From NCBI GenBank assembly GCA_965112735.1, contig OZ218955.1, positions 62,001 through 126,000 of the forward strand: a stretch of 64,000 bases of DNA, given 5' to 3'. The position numbers and the translations under genes are program-made. Below the pieces are notes generated by a model. That model had not been told where the DNA came from. It did no database searches and was given only the letters and a program-made list of their open reading frames with translations. Shown one piece after another: positions 39,888 through 53,493 of this stretch. Each line of letters opens with the position of its first letter. Within the stretch, counting starts at the first letter, position 1. This DNA comes from Phaeosaccion multiseriatum (lineage: Eukaryota; Protista; Ochrophyta, other classes).

Positions 39888-42110
39888 GACGGAGACAGAG
39901 ACAGAGGCAGAGAGGGAGACAGAGACAGCGAGAGAGAGAGACAGAGACAGAGACAGCGAGAGAGACAGAAACAGAGACAGCGAGAGACAGAGACGGACAC
40001 TCCTCAGTTGCCTAACACCTGACACCTGGCACTTTAAGTGTCCTGACACCTCACACTCCTCCGTTGCCTAACACCTGACACCTGGCACTTAAGTGTCCTG
40101 ACAACTCACACTCCTCAGTTGCCTAACACCTGACACCTGGCACTTAAGTGTCCTGACACCTCACACTCCTCAGTTGCCTAACACCTGACACCTGGCACTT
40201 TAGGTGTCCTGACACCTCACACTCCTCAGTTGCCTAACACCTGACACCTGGCACTTTAGGTGTCCTGACACCTCACACTCCTCAGTTCCCTAACACCTGA
40301 CACCTGGCACTTAAGTGTCCTGACACCTCACACTCCTCAGTTGCCTAACACCTGACACCTGGCACTTAAGTGTCCTGACACCTCACACTCCTCAGTTGCC
40401 TAACACCTGACACCTGGCACTTTAGGTGTCCTGACACCTCACACTCCTCAGTTGCCTAACACCTGACACCTGGCACTTTAGGTGTCCTGACACCTCACAC
40501 TCCTCAGTTGCCTAACACCTGACACCTGGCACTTTAGGTGTCCTGACACCTCACACTCCTTAGTTCCCTAACACCTGACACCTGGCACTTAAGTGTCCTG
40601 ACACCTCACACTCCTCAGTTGCCTAACACCTGACACCTGGCACTTAAGTGTCCTGACACCTCACACTCCTCAGTTGCCTAACACCTGACACCTGGCACTT
40701 AAGTGTCCTGACACCTCACACTCCTCAGTTGCCTAACACCTGACACCTGGCACTTAAGTGTCCTGACACCTCACACTCCTCAGTTGCCTAACACCTGACA
40801 CCTGGCACTTAAGTGTCCTGACACCTCACACTCCTCAGTTGCCTAACACCTGACACCTGGCACTTAAGTGTCCTGACACCTCACACTCCTCAGTTGCCTT
40901 ACACCTGACACCTGGCACTCAAGTGTCCTGACACCTCACACTCCTCAGTTGCCTTACACCTGACACCTGGCACTCAAGTGTCCTGACACCTCACACTCAC
41001 CGCTGTGTGCCAGGTGCAGCACCCTCCCTGAGTGTCCGGAGGCCTCCAGTGCTGAGCGGAGGTGGTCAGCAAGCTCTATGGGCAGTGACGTAAGGGAGCA
41101 CATAAGGAGTACGTAAGGGAGCACATAAGGAGTACGCACGCACCGCGTAGATGGGGCAAGGGGGTACGAGGCGGGAGATGCAGGGGTGCGGTGGTTAAGT
41201 AAGGTTAAGTAAGACGCGAATTGTAGAGCAGTGGCACGAGCCGGAGTAAGTGAGTGAGTGAGTGAGTGAGTGTGTGTGTTGCCGTATGTGTGTGTGCCAA
41301 GCGCTGTCCAATTTCATTTTTCCGACACTCTCTGAGGGCGCAGATTCCCTCCCTCTCTCTCTCTCTCTCTCTCATCCTCCCTCCCTCGTGCGGGCACGGA
41401 TCAGCAGGGTGATCGAGAGGCAGTCCAAAACGACACCCCTGCTGCTCTCCCTTCGCACTGTTGATCTGATGGATCTATCGGACACACCTCCCCCCCGCCC
41501 AACCTCCCTCCTCGGTGTCCGGTCCCGCGTCTCCCCCTCGTAGTAAGGCAGACCAAAGTGCAGGTGCTCTGTGCTCTACCTACCTCTCCATTGACTCAGC
41601 GCCTGCATGCCTAGTCCCAAGCCTTCTGCTGAGTCCTGACCACTCCTCGACCCACCCCGCCTCTCAAAAAAATATACCCACCCCGCCTCTCTATTTTATG
41701 CTCATGCCCGCCCCTCACTCACCTTGCGCCACTTCATCGTCGTCCGGCCGCAGTAGCAGGCTCAGCCCGGCCTTGGAGGCGTCCGCCAGCCACCAACCCG
41801 ACGACGGATTGTAGAAGGGCCGCACCTCGTGGCTGCTGAAGATTCCCTCCAGCATCGCCACCAGCCGCTCCCAGTCCTCCTTGGTGTGGTAAATGCCATT
41901 GATGTAGGTGATCACCACGCGACCAGGCAGCAGCGAATCCGCGACGGGAACAGTGCCCCATCCCCACTCATTTGCACACCACCCGTAGCCGTTCGCGACA
42001 GGCAGGGCCAGGAGCAGGAGAAGAAGGCTCCAGACTCCTGCCACTGTTCCTCCTGTTGTGCACGATCTGAAGCCCCGCTTTGGGGCTTCTATGCCTCCTT
42101 CCACCATCAC
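36549..42110 (-). CDS. Alpha/beta-hydrolase (DUF687/lipase-like) with a signal or TM segment and a long acidic low-complexity C-terminus
   Basis: Exons at about 41723-42110, 41001-41075, 39592-39733, 39386-39461, 39059-39172, 38663-38848 and 36549-38541. They encode WSLLLLLLALP, VITYINGIYH, FYNPS, VLHLAHSG|GA, VATFGGA, VVNYYARNDPV and LIDHSL, a candidate Ser-Asp-His triad. Confidence 0.78.
39998..40998. repeat. 55/56-bp minisatellite, about 18 copies, in a hydrolase intron
   Basis: Unit CACTCCTCAGTTGCCTAACACCTGACACCTGGCACTTAAGTGTCCTGACACCTCA with the palindrome CACTTAAGTG. Confidence 0.95.
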
Positions 42111-42927
42111 TCCTTGACGCTGCTGCTGCTGTTACCAGAAGGATGACTTCGGCATCACAAAGAGCATTCTATTGGGCGAGGAAGAGGAAAAACTTCAATA
42201 TAGAGGAGTTCGATATTGGAGTTCGATATTCAATATTGAGGACCCCTTCTTCTTTCATCACACGCTATCGTACGATACCAGCGGGGTGGATTAGCCATGA
42301 CGCGTAAAGCAGCTGGCGGGCCGCCCCTTTCTGGATCGACTGATTTACTCTACATTTTGACGCCTCTCTACCCCTTGAGTGGTCATTCGCCCTTCTCTTA
42401 CTGATGGGCTGATGGGCTCCCTCCAGCCATCCCCCCCCCTTCTCCTCGATGCTTCCTTCCGAAGCTAGTGTCCCAGCGGAGTAGGGCTCGACAGAGATGA
42501 AGACAAGCACTGCACTGCACTGCACTGCACTGCACCACCGCCCCTTTCTATTGTGCATCATGCCTCTCTCCTCTCCTCCTGCCTTGTTGTACTCTTTTCT
42601 CTTCTCTCTTCTCTATGCACCACAGCCACAGCCCCCCCGAGTGAGTCGCACATACACTTGTAACGACGCGTGACTTTAGTCTCCAGGGCACTCTCCCTCC
42701 TCTCCCTCCTCTCCCTCCTCTCCCCACTTCCCCCACTCTCGACCACTCGCCCCCAGCCCCTTTTATCTGTCTGTCTGTCTGTCTGTCTGTCTGTCGTGTC
42801 TCTCTTGGAGTCTCTGCCGCTCACCCACCCACAGGCTCTGCTGCTGCTTTCTTTTCCCCATCGCCCGACGTATACTCCGTACAACTAAAACTCATAAGGC
42901 CCCAGCCCTTTCAGACCCAGGTGGGTT

Positions 42928-44258
42928 TCAGACCCAGGGGGACAGAGCCGAAAACATGCCATAGCCCAGCACAAGGGCGACGAGCTTGGGGAATTTATCG
43001 TTCTCATCATGCAGAAGCTCGCGGGGGAGGATCTCCTGTTGGTGGGGTTGTTGGGGGTGTTGGGGGTGGGGTTGGGTAGAGGCGTATGGGGCAACGGGTG
43101 AGGTCTAGGGGCTGGGAGAGGGTGCCTTCTTCCGAGAGGGGGTGGGGTTAGAAATGTATACATAGAAAGGGAGGTCGACAGGTACATCGAGAGGAGGAAG
43201 AGGGAGAGATGGGGAGAGGGAGACACAGACGCGAGAGGACAAAAGAGAGAGGCACAGACAGAGAGACAGAGAGAAGGAGAGAGAGAGCAGCAAGAAGTGT
43301 GTGAGGACACATGCAATGCAGATACCCTGCCCTCACTGACATACTTCATGCCCTCCGTTACTGCCCTCACTGACATACTATACACTGCCTTCACTGACAT
43401 ACTACACATGGCCCTCCCTGAGCGCACCTACTACCCACTGACCACCCCTCATTGACTTACTACCCACTGACCATGGCCGCTACGTGTATGAAGGTGCCCG
43501 CTCCGAGGGCCGTGCACACGCCCGCCGGCACGTTGGAGGAGGAGACTTCCGAGCCGGCGTCATCACCACCATCATCCGCAGCAGAGAGGGCTTGCAGGAA
43601 CATGCCCAGAAGGGCGCCCAGGGGGGTAAGCACGGAGAAGCACAGCATGTATTTGAGATGCCGAACGCTGTGTGGGGGGGGGGGGGCAGGCCAGTCGGCG
43701 AGGGGGGGGGTGGCAGCTCGGCGGAGTCAGCGAGGGGAGGGCAGGAGGGGCGGAGGGAGAGCTTGGCGGACTACACGAAGGGGTAGGAAATTGAGCAGGT
43801 GGAGGTGACTTATGGGAAAATACATGAGCACGAAGAATACGTGCGAGTACGTAGGCAGGTAGGTAGGCAGGTAGGTCGAGGGAGAGAGGAGCGCAAATAC
43901 AGAGGTAGAGGGACAGAGAGGGAAAGAGAGAAAGAAAGTAGAGAGATGGATGGAGAGGGAGAGAGAGAAAGACAAGAGACGCGACACACACACACACAGA
44001 GATCGAACGAGAGCGAGAGAAGGAGAGGACAGAGAGACAGGCACGCACTAGGAGATGTTGGTGCTCCACAGAATGCTTCCCAGAGATAGCGCTGCCAGGC
44101 CCTTGTGCAGCAGGATGGCCACAAAGATGCCCTTGGCAGAGGACAGGCGGGCGGCGCCAAGGGCGAGGCCCTCCATGATGGAGTGGAAACCGAGAGCGGC
44201 GGCAAGGATGGTGCCCGTGTTGCCCTTGTACGTGGTGCAGGAGTTGGGGTGCCTGTTC

Positions 44259-44294
<36 letters not shown>

Positions 44295-44999
44295 ATGCGT
44301 GGGGGGATGGGGGCATTTGTGTGTGTGTGTGTGTGTGCGTGCGTGCGTGTGTGACTGGGAAGTCGCATTTCTTGTACTCCCTCCCTCCTCACCTCCCTCC
44401 TCACCTCCCTCCTCACCTGGACACGTGTGTGGGTGTGGGGGGTTGTCTGTCGAGCAGCGGGTCGTCCTGCCCATACGCCTGCTCATACGCCTGCTCCACC
44501 CCACCCCCCATGGAGAGGCCCAGCGACCCTGAAGCCGCAGCGTCATGCAGCTGGTGACTGTGGCTGGGGCTGCTGCTGAGGCTGTTGCTGGATGACCAAC
44601 TGCTGTGGCTGTGGCTATGGTTGTGGCTGTTGCCGAGGCCATGTGCGTGCTTGTGGCACCGGCTGTGTCCCTCGGCTGCGGCGGTGAAGGGTGCCCTGCT
44701 CGTCGCGCTTGGTCTCCTCTCAGTCTCGCTGCTCGGTCTCCTCTGAGTATGCGTGTGACTCGTGGGCGGCCCTTGAGCAAGCGCAGCCCCTCGCCCTCGC
44801 CCTCCCCCACCCCCAGCCGTGTCGGTCCCTGGCGCTTGGTAGCGGCTGCTCTCGTTGCTGCTCCCACTACTGCATGCGCTACTGTGTCCGTTACTGCGGC
44901 CGTTACTTTGTCTATTGCTGCCTGGCCGTGCTGTGGCAGGCGGGCTGTCCGGGACGGTGCTGCTGCCTCCTCCTCCTCCTCCTCCTCCTCCTCCTCCTC

Positions 45000-45030
<31 letters not shown>

Positions 45031-46521
45031 GCTCCCCCCCTCCTGCCCCTGCTCCTCTAATCTATGTACCCCCGGGGTCTCAGGTGGTGACGCTTGCCCG
45101 CTCACCGTCTCCTTGACCTCCTCCTTGCACTTCTCCTTGCACTTGTCCTTGTACTCCTCCTCCGCCCCCTTGCCCCCTCCTTCCCCCGATGACATCCGTT
45201 GCCGTGAGCCCCGTCGAACGCCCCCCATGCTCTCGGTATCCGTCTCGTACTCCGTTGGTGTTGATACATGATCCAATAGGCTGCCGTACGTCGGGAGCTC
45301 GCCGCTGCTTGTGCGTGGGGATGCATGCAGCAACAGCAACACACAAAGGAAGGGCATCATGAGACAAAGGACGGACGGGCATCACAAGACAAAAGGACAT
45401 GGGCACCACTGTGACTGTGACTCAGTCAGCTCAGCTCAGCTCAGCTCACCTCCCCAGGCAGAGAGGATGCCCATTGCCCCCTGGCGTGTGCAGCTTGTCC
45501 AAGGCGTGGGATAGGTGTGGTATCACCACTCGCTGCACGTCGCCATGCCCGTGGTCGTGGCTGTGGTAGTGAGGGTGGCCCATGTGGGGCAGCCCCTCCT
45601 TCCCCCAGCGTCCTGCTATGTCGCCTGCTGTACCACCAACTGCTTGGGATGGCCGTGCCTCCTTGCCCCAGCCTGCTGTATCACCAACTCCTGGTGTTGG
45701 TGCCGTGGGGGGCGCAGTCATGTGCTCGATCATCTCCTGATGGGGGGGAGGAGGAGTTCGAGGAGCCGTGGCGTAAGAGGAGCAATGCCAATAAGACTAA
45801 TGCGATAAATGTGCAAGTCACTCTTCTGTCTCTCTCTTTCCGCTCTTTTTGTCTCTCACTCCCGCCAGCACTCCCTCGCCTTGTCCCGTCCATTTGCCTC
45901 TCTCACCTCGCCGAGGAAGACCAACACGAAAGCGGCTCCTGCGAAGAACACGGCGAACTGGGAAGATTTTTCAATGGAGAGGAAGAGATAAAGGGAGAGG
46001 TGGGAAAGTACAAAGTTGGTCCCGTCAGCCTTCATGGGAGGGGTAGCTCTATGCGCCTCTTCAACAGCGAGACGGCGGGGCGAGTGAGTCACAGACAATG
46101 CTTTGGAGCCTCCGCATCACGGCCACCGCCATCCCCATCCACACGCAATGGATAAGGAGGAAAGAGAAAAGAGGGGGACAAAGAATAATCATACAGAGCG
46201 GAGGTCCAACCTCGAAGTCGAAGCGCTCGGTCCAGTCCAGCAGATCAGCGGAGGCGTCCGGCAGGAGATGCACGAAGCCAGCCGCGAGGAAAATTCCTCC
46301 GCTGAAGGCGTTCAGGATGGGCAGCCCCGACCATTGCTTCAGAGGGGCTGGGAGGGAGGGAGGATGGGCGAAGGGTTGGTGGGCATGGTTTGAAGAGGGC
46401 TCCGGGTTGTAGACGGGACAATATTCTTACCAGCCGAGGGGAGCATACCCCCTACCATAGCCACGAGGAAGAGCACGCAGGTGAACACGAGCTTCGCGTA
46501 GTCTTCCCGCGGGAAAAGCAT
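42928..46521 (-). CDS. ZIP family (ZRT/IRT-like) zinc/iron permease
   Basis: LNAFSGGIFLAAGFVHLLPDA, His-rich loop (HPHYHSHDHGH; HSHSH), ALGFHSIMEGLALG (TM4), AILLHKGLAA (TM5), FSVLTPLG, ALGAGTFIHVAAM|EILPRE; stop codon at 42928-42930. Confidence 0.93.
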
Positions 46522-46919
46522 GGGTTTAGTTTAGAGTAAACGGGTGAGGGGGAGTGTTGGTCAAGGTTTTTTTCTACCCTTCGTCGCTCTCTCTTCTCGA
46601 CTCCCCGCTCAAGTTCAAGGAACCAGCCTTGTACCTCCTGATGTATCGAACGCTTGTACGCTGGCTCCTCTGCAGCTTAAACTATACACAAAAGCTCGAT
46701 TTCTGAGGAACGAGATAAGCGGGGAGCGAGAAAAAAAAAAAAAAAAATTGAGGCCCTCTACTTTCCATGTAGAGATGAGCATACCCTCCCTCTCTCCTCC
46801 CCTCCCCTCCCCTCTTCAGCTCCCCTCCCCTCCCCTCTTCAATTTGGACCATCCACGAGCTGCCTCTTGCACGATAAGTCCTTGAGGCCAGGTGGTAGAG
46901 ACGCAGGGAAGAGGAGCAG

Positions 46920-47738
46920 ATGAGGGTTCCAGCGGTGGCAAGTTGCGTCGTGGGGATGCTGGCCTTGCCACAGGAGAGCTCCTGCTGGGCTGGGGTGCAG
47001 GGCAAAGCTCTTAGCAGCAGCAGGAATAGAAGTAGCGATGGGAGGAGGAGCAGCAGGGGGGCGAGTCTCGTCTCTCTGGCGGTGGCGGGACGAGGGAGAG
47101 GCCGCGGCGGAGGCGAGATGATTGAAGAGGAGTTCGATCTGGAGGTCAGCTCCAGCACGCCTCCTCCATTGAGGCCACTGAAGGGTGGAGGGGGCGGATA
47201 CTCGGGGAGGGCAGCAGCGTCAGGACCTGGGCGGGGGGGGTATGCGGGGAGGGCGCGAGGGAGAGGAGGTGGGTATGCAGGAGGGGGAGATCGAGAGCTT
47301 CGGGGGCAGTGGGCAGACCAGGAGCTGCTTTCGGCATGGGAGTCCTCCAAAGTGCTCGTGAGGCAGGAGGGGGGAGGGAGGGGGAGGGGAGGGAGGCAGC
47401 AGCAGGGCCGAGGGGGCAGGGGAGGGGGTAGGGGGCGGGGGGGGGGCAGGGGTGGTCGAGGCCGAGGAGGAGGGCGAGGGCGCGGGGGGCGGAATAAAAA
47501 TCTGTTGCGGTATCAGCAGGACGATGGGTCGGGCATACCGTGGTACGTGCGCGAGCTCCGAGAAGTGGTGAGTGAGTCGCGCGTGCATGGGGCGTGGGGG
47601 GGAGGAGGGCAGGACGACGAAATGAGGCGTACGCTGTAGAGGCGGCTGAAGGGAGTGGAGCGCACGCGTACTGAGCCGTGTGCCCAGGGCAGAGCCTTCC
47701 TTGGTGGGCGTTTGGCTGGCTCGCTGACTGGCTGGCTG

Positions 47739-47784
<46 letters not shown>

Positions 47785-48497
47785 GTCCTTCTTCGCTGCT
47801 TGCTGCGGCCTTGCTGTTACCCCAAACCAACTAACCACGTTTCCACGCTGCCCACCCATCCCCCTCAGAACATGGACATCCTCGGCGATCACAACCCGTG
47901 GTGGAAGACAAACAGGGCGCAGGGGCGCGACAGAGACGCCCTCCTACAGAGCTTCAAGGAGCTCGGCCCCGAGGAGCGGCACGCAGAGCTAAAGAGGCGC
48001 GGCCTGTTGCCTGCCGAGGGGGAGGGGGAGGGGGAGGGGGAGTCCTCCTTGACCGAGGAAGAGCAGCTGGAGCGGCTCGTTGCCTCCTCTCTGCGGTACA
48101 CGCTGTCGGACGACGGCATGTTCGACGCCCCGGTGATACAAGACAAGGAGGAGGTGAGGGCAGGGGAGGGGAGGGGGAGGGGAGGGGGGAGGTGAAGCGG
48201 GGAGGGAGAGGAACGGATGGATGGATGGATGGATGGCAATGGATGGATGGATGGCGCTCTTGATGGGAGCGTGGCGTGGCTAATCCTTCGCTGTACCCCT
48301 TCCATACGCGAGAGTGCGTCCTCTCCACACAAGTCTCACCCACCCTCTATCTCCCTCTCTATCTCCCTCTTTCTCCCTCTCTTTCTCCCTCTCCCTCTTT
48401 CTCCATCTCTATCTCCCTCTCCCTCTTTCTCTCCCTTTTTCTCTCTCTCTATCTCTCTATCTCTCTCTCTCCCTCTCTCTCTCCCCCATTTTCTTCT

Positions 48498-48540
<43 letters not shown>

Positions 48541-48672
48541 ACGAATCCTCTGCAGGCCCCACCATGTTTCCCGTCGGTCTACGAGAGGGACGCAGCAACA
48601 GCAGCAGTTGACGATTTAGAGAGAGCGCAGGGCGTGGCGCGAGGCGAGGGAGGCAATGGCGAAGAGGAGTGA
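46920..48672 (+). CDS. Hypothetical protein with a possible signal peptide, RGG-rich region and SAP-like helix (ELKRRGL)
   Basis: Exons at about 46920-47567, 47869-48153 and 48556-48672 join in frame with canonical splice sites. Confidence 0.6.
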
Positions 48673-49038
48673 GCGGATGGCCAAGAGGAGTGAGGGGATG
48701 GCCAAGAGGAGGGAGGGGATGGCGAAGAGGAGTGAGCGGTCGGGGGGGAAAGCTACAAGAATCTTTAAAATTAAAAGAGGATTAAGAGAGACTTGAAAGG
48801 CGATTGGCGTAGTGCAGTGCCACTAACGTTAGAAAAGAGTTGGGAGGGTGTTGTTGCACTCGTCTTACCCACCCTTACCCTTACCTGGGACACGTAACCA
48901 GAACTGCTCAACTCGGCATAAAGGGAAGGCCCTCTGGGCTGCAAGATACCCTTACGTAAGGGCCATAGAACTGAACTTGACAAAGGTTGCTGGAGGCAAC
49001 GATGCCGGCATTCGACTTGTGCCGACGAGGGCAACACG

Positions 49039-50673
49039 ATGCGCATGTTCAAAGTCGCTAACGCATTAGCTGAGGTGGAAGGGGGGGGGGGGGGGGTCGT
49101 TTGGGTGTCTCTTCGGCCCCTAGCCCCCCCCCCTTTTTGGTTTTTCTACGTTGTACCCAAAACAGTCGAAAACAGAAGAAGGATAATCAGATCGTGGCCG
49201 TCGTCGGACCACAACTGTTACAGAAAATGCACAGGAATCTCGAAGGAGAACACTTGTTCGTTGTTGCCATGAGCTCTGCGGAGGGCATCATCCTGTGCCT
49301 TTCGTGGAGGGACTGCCCGGATGTAGAGCCTCAAGGCGCGGTGTACGTGGCGATCAACATGGCCATTGGCGTGGCGTCGGCGCTTCAATTTACTCTCTTT
49401 TGTTTGACAAGTCTCCATCTGTACAACAAAATTAAGAACGCCTCTTCTCGGACGCAGTGCCTAGCGCTCATGACGCAGTTCTCCTCCAAGGAGACGAAGA
49501 AAACGAGCCGTAGGGTAGCAGGGACGGCGTGGTCTCCAGCCCCACCACTCGGTGGAGCAGGGGGCAGAGGAAAAGCCGGGGGCGGGGGGTTGGGGGTGTA
49601 GGATTCTCAGTAGGAGAAGGGCAGTTGCAGCCAGAGGTACCACTGCTGACAGTCACCCTTGGTACACAAGGGCTAGGAGGCGCCAAAAGGGCGAGGGCCC
49701 TTACAGGAGTAGCATCAGGCCGCACGGCCCCCCCAGCAGCGCTGGTGGGAGCACGTGGAAGGGCCAAAACAGAGAAGGGGGCGACGATGCTCTCCTCACC
49801 CCGTAGTGCGGAGCTTCGGGCGCTGTCGGCAATTGCACCGGCAGCAGCAGGTACCACCACTGACTCCAGCGGGCCGCCAACCTTCGGTGGAGGAGACGGG
49901 GGAGCGGGAGGGGCCTCAGTAGAAAAAGGGGGGATGCAACCAGAGATACCACTGCGGATAGTGACAGGAGAAGAAGGGGGGCTGAACCCAGAGATGCCAC
50001 TGTTGAAAGTGACACTTGGTGCACACGGGGGTCAGCGAGGCGCCACTGGCACGCCCACCGTCAGGAGGGCCCCTACAGCCGTACAGGCAGCACGTCCCGC
50101 AGAGGCACTCGGAGCAGGAGGAAGGGCAAAACAGGACAGGGGGTCGATGTCTTCATTCCTTCGTGTGGAGCCGTGGGTGGCACCAAGAGCTCCAGATGTT
50201 CCTGTAACAGGTCCAACAGGTCCAACAGGTCCAGCAGCAGGCCCAGCAACAGATCCAGCAACAGGTCCAGCAACAGGCCCAGGCGCCAGTACCTCGAACG
50301 GACCGCCAACCCCCGATAGCAGCAGGAGCAGCTGCAGCAGCACAGGGAGCAGTGACCGGAGCAGCCGCAGAAGTGCAAGGAGCGCGGCACCGAGGACGCT
50401 CTTGAGGTCAAGTATCGTGTCCAGGGCAAGCCTCGTGCCGAGCATTCAGCTCCGGTGCGCGGAGGGCAGCCTCCTGAAGGTGCCACACCACCGCCCGGAT
50501 CGGCTCCGGGCACTGTTCAGAACCATCCCGGCCCAGGTGCGCTGAGAAGGCGGGGCGGTGGGGCAAAGGATGGTATATACTAAGGAAGATGGCAGTCAAA
50601 GGAAGAGTGGTGGGCGACGACCGATGACCGAACGCACCATCACAGGCCGGAGGAGACGCAAAAATAAGCACAT

Positions 50674-50711
<38 letters not shown>

Positions 50712-53493
50712 CGCTCCCTCCACTGTTGAACGTCAGCCCCCCCCCCCCATCCCCACCCTCACAGCCAATGGCGCCTCTCTACCTTGTCCCGCCTCCCACC
50801 AACATTCTTGCTAGGCGGCCTTGTTGTGCGGTTTCCGAGTCCCGCTGTACCTGTACAAGGCCTTTCAGGGTGTGAGCGTGTTTGGGGGCTCTCGTGCAGT
50901 GCTTGCCCTCACCATGCTCGACGCGGTGCTGCCCTTGTGCGGTGTTGTTCCGTACCTCAACTGGCGGATGCTCAAGGTGGCCTTCTCCACACAAGAGGTG
51001 AGGGAGGGAGGGAAGGAGGGAGGGACGGACGGACCGAGTCCCTCTTGAATACCCACTCCGATACCCACTCCGATACCCACTCCGATACCCACTCCGATAC
51101 CCACTCCGATACCCACTCCGATACCCACTCGGTACCGGGGCGCTGCATGCCTCTGCACCTCTCTCATCTCCTCCTCCCGTCTATTCCAACGGCTCCCCAT
51201 GACGGGAATACTCTCGCTTTAGGCCGCCCGGCGGAATCTCGTGTGGAAAGTCTACCTAGGGGCCAACGCGTCCATCGGTAAGTCAAGCAACGCTCAGGCT
51301 GTTGGTTGGGCATGGACGCGAAGGACGGGGGGGGGGGGGGCGAGAGAAGAGTCGATCGAGGACATTGGAGGACATCAAGACGGATGTTGTCGATCGAGGG
51401 CATGGGAGGACATCAAGACGGATGTTGTCGATATCCTGCTCGCTCGAAAGGACTCAGTCAGGGCCCGTGGCTCGACTTCGCTATAGCTAGGAGGAGCTCA
51501 TGTGCTGACCCAACACTTGCTTGGGAGGTGGAGGTGGAGCTTGCCGTGCCAACAAGATTGTGACTTGCAATTTGAAGTGCGATTCGCGGCCCGTACACCG
51601 CTTCTTGTTGCGTGGGGCGACCGAAAGCCCCGTTCTTGCTGTCTGTTGTTGCCCTTCTGACTGGCTCCGTCTTTCTCTCCCTATCCTGTCTCGCCCTCCG
51701 CCTCATCTCTTCTTTCTCTGCCTCTGTGCCTCTCTGCCTCACTCTCCCTCTCCCTCTCCCCTTCTCTCCCTCTCTCTCTCTGCCTCTACCACCCCCTCAC
51801 TGCATACCCTCCGCCCTGCCTCCCCCTTTGCAGCCATCGTCGGGCTGTCGATGCCTGCTCTCTTTGGCTTCATGCCGCCCATCATCCCCTCCTCCCTCCT
51901 GATGTTCTCCCTGGGCGTCTACTTCGTCCTGAAGGAGAGTCTCCTCCTACTCGTCCTCAGGCGGCGCTTCATTGGCCTACGGCAGAGAGCGGGAATGTCG
52001 AGTGCCAACGCCGAGGTGCTGACGCGCCTCACCACCCTCTCCGACAACATACTCAAGGTTAGTCCTTGCTTGCTCATACCTACCCACCTACCTATGTACC
52101 TACGTACCTACCTACCTGCCCACCTATCTGCTTACATACCTACCCACCTACCTACCTACGTACCTATGTACCTACCTACCTACCCACCTACCTACGTACA
52201 TACCTACCCACCTACCTACCTATGTATCTACGTACGTACGTACCACCTACCCACCTACTTCCTTCCTTCCTACCTACCTACCTACCCACCTACCTACCTA
52301 TGTACCTACGTACCTACCTACCCACCTACCCACCTACGTACATACCTACCCACCTACCTACCTATGTATCTACGTACGTACCTACCTACCAACCACCTAC
52401 CTACCTACTTCCTTCCTTCCTACCTACCCACCTACCTACCTACCTACCCACCTACCAACCTACCAACCGACCTACCTACCTACCGACCTACCTACCTACC
52501 CACCTATCTACCCACCTTCCAACCTACCAACCAACCTACCAACCTACCCAACCACCTACCTACCTATCTACCTACCTATCTACCTCTTCGATCACATCCT
52601 CATGGTTGGGCGGGAGCGGCTCGAAGTCGAGTGAGCCCCTCGAGAAGGGAGGTGCAGGGCTCTGCCTGGACGTCTATCCCCCCCACCGCAGACGGTATTC
52701 GCAGCCGTCGCACTTTGTGATCTTGAAGGCCAACGCCGCTGCTCTTACCCCCTGCTGTCGCTCTTGCTTCCCGCTCTTTGCTGCCTTGCTTCCCGCTCTT
52801 TGCTGCCTTGCTTCCCGCTCTTTGCCTCCTTGCTTACCGCTCTTTGCTGCCTTGCTTCCCGCTCTTTGCCTCCTTGCTTCCCGCTCTGTCCGGCCTAGAA
52901 ACTGGCCATCGTTGGCTTGTACGCCATGTGCTTCTTGCTTGTCCCTCAACTGCGCAGTCGGATCCACTGGCAGTACATAAGCCTGTCAGCAAGCCTGGTG
53001 AGCAGCATAGCTAGGCCCAGCTAGTCAGCTTGGGCCCAGCTAGTCGGCTTGATGGAGGGGAGGGGGAAAGCAAGGGGTCAAGCCATGAGTAGTAGTTAGT
53101 GCGGGGCGAGCCCTTGCTCGAGGCCTTCCCTCCCCCCCTTTCATCTCTGCCTCCCCGCTGACTTGTGACCTCTCCTCTCCTCCCCAGAACATGATGATGA
53201 TGGAATTGGCTGCGGCGGATATTCGCGCCATGCTCTCAAGCCTCAGAGAGCGCCAAAGGCTAAGAAGGCTGGAGCGGAAGACCTTGCCCGAGCCGGAGCC
53301 CGGGGCGGGGGGGGCGAAGGGGGAGCTGCTCAGACAGGAGGAGGAGGAGAGGAGCACTAGAAGGGGCACGAGGCGAAGCAAGCCAGAGCCTGTCGCAGAG
53401 CGTGATGAAGAGACGGGGCGGGGACCTCGCTCGCTGGCCCCTCATGCATCTTACAACTCGCAGCGAGTAGATTGTAGCGAGAGATGTACATAG
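49039..53493 (+). CDS. Multi-pass membrane protein with a repetitive low-complexity loop; apparent frameshift near 49590
   Basis: Hydrophobic segments AVYVAINMAIGVASALQFTLFCL, AVLALTMLDAVLPLCGVV, AIVGLSMPALFGF and SSLLMFSLGVYFVL. Exons at about 49101-50537, 50815-50997, 51223-51277, 51834-52057 and 53188-53493. Start uncertain. Confidence 0.55.
51047..51131. repeat. 12-bp GATACCCACTCC, about 7 copies (intronic)
   Basis: Directly visible. Confidence 0.9.
52077..52885. repeat. (CCTA)n-derived array (52077-52585) and 22-bp GCTCTTTGCTGCCTTGCTTCCC array (~52760-52885), intronic
   Basis: Directly visible. Confidence 0.9.

Noticed and set aside
46340-46440. Apparent frameshift after ZIP exon 1
   Set aside because: Resolved by a normal phase-1 intron (46348-46430) giving MLPSA|APLKQWSG.
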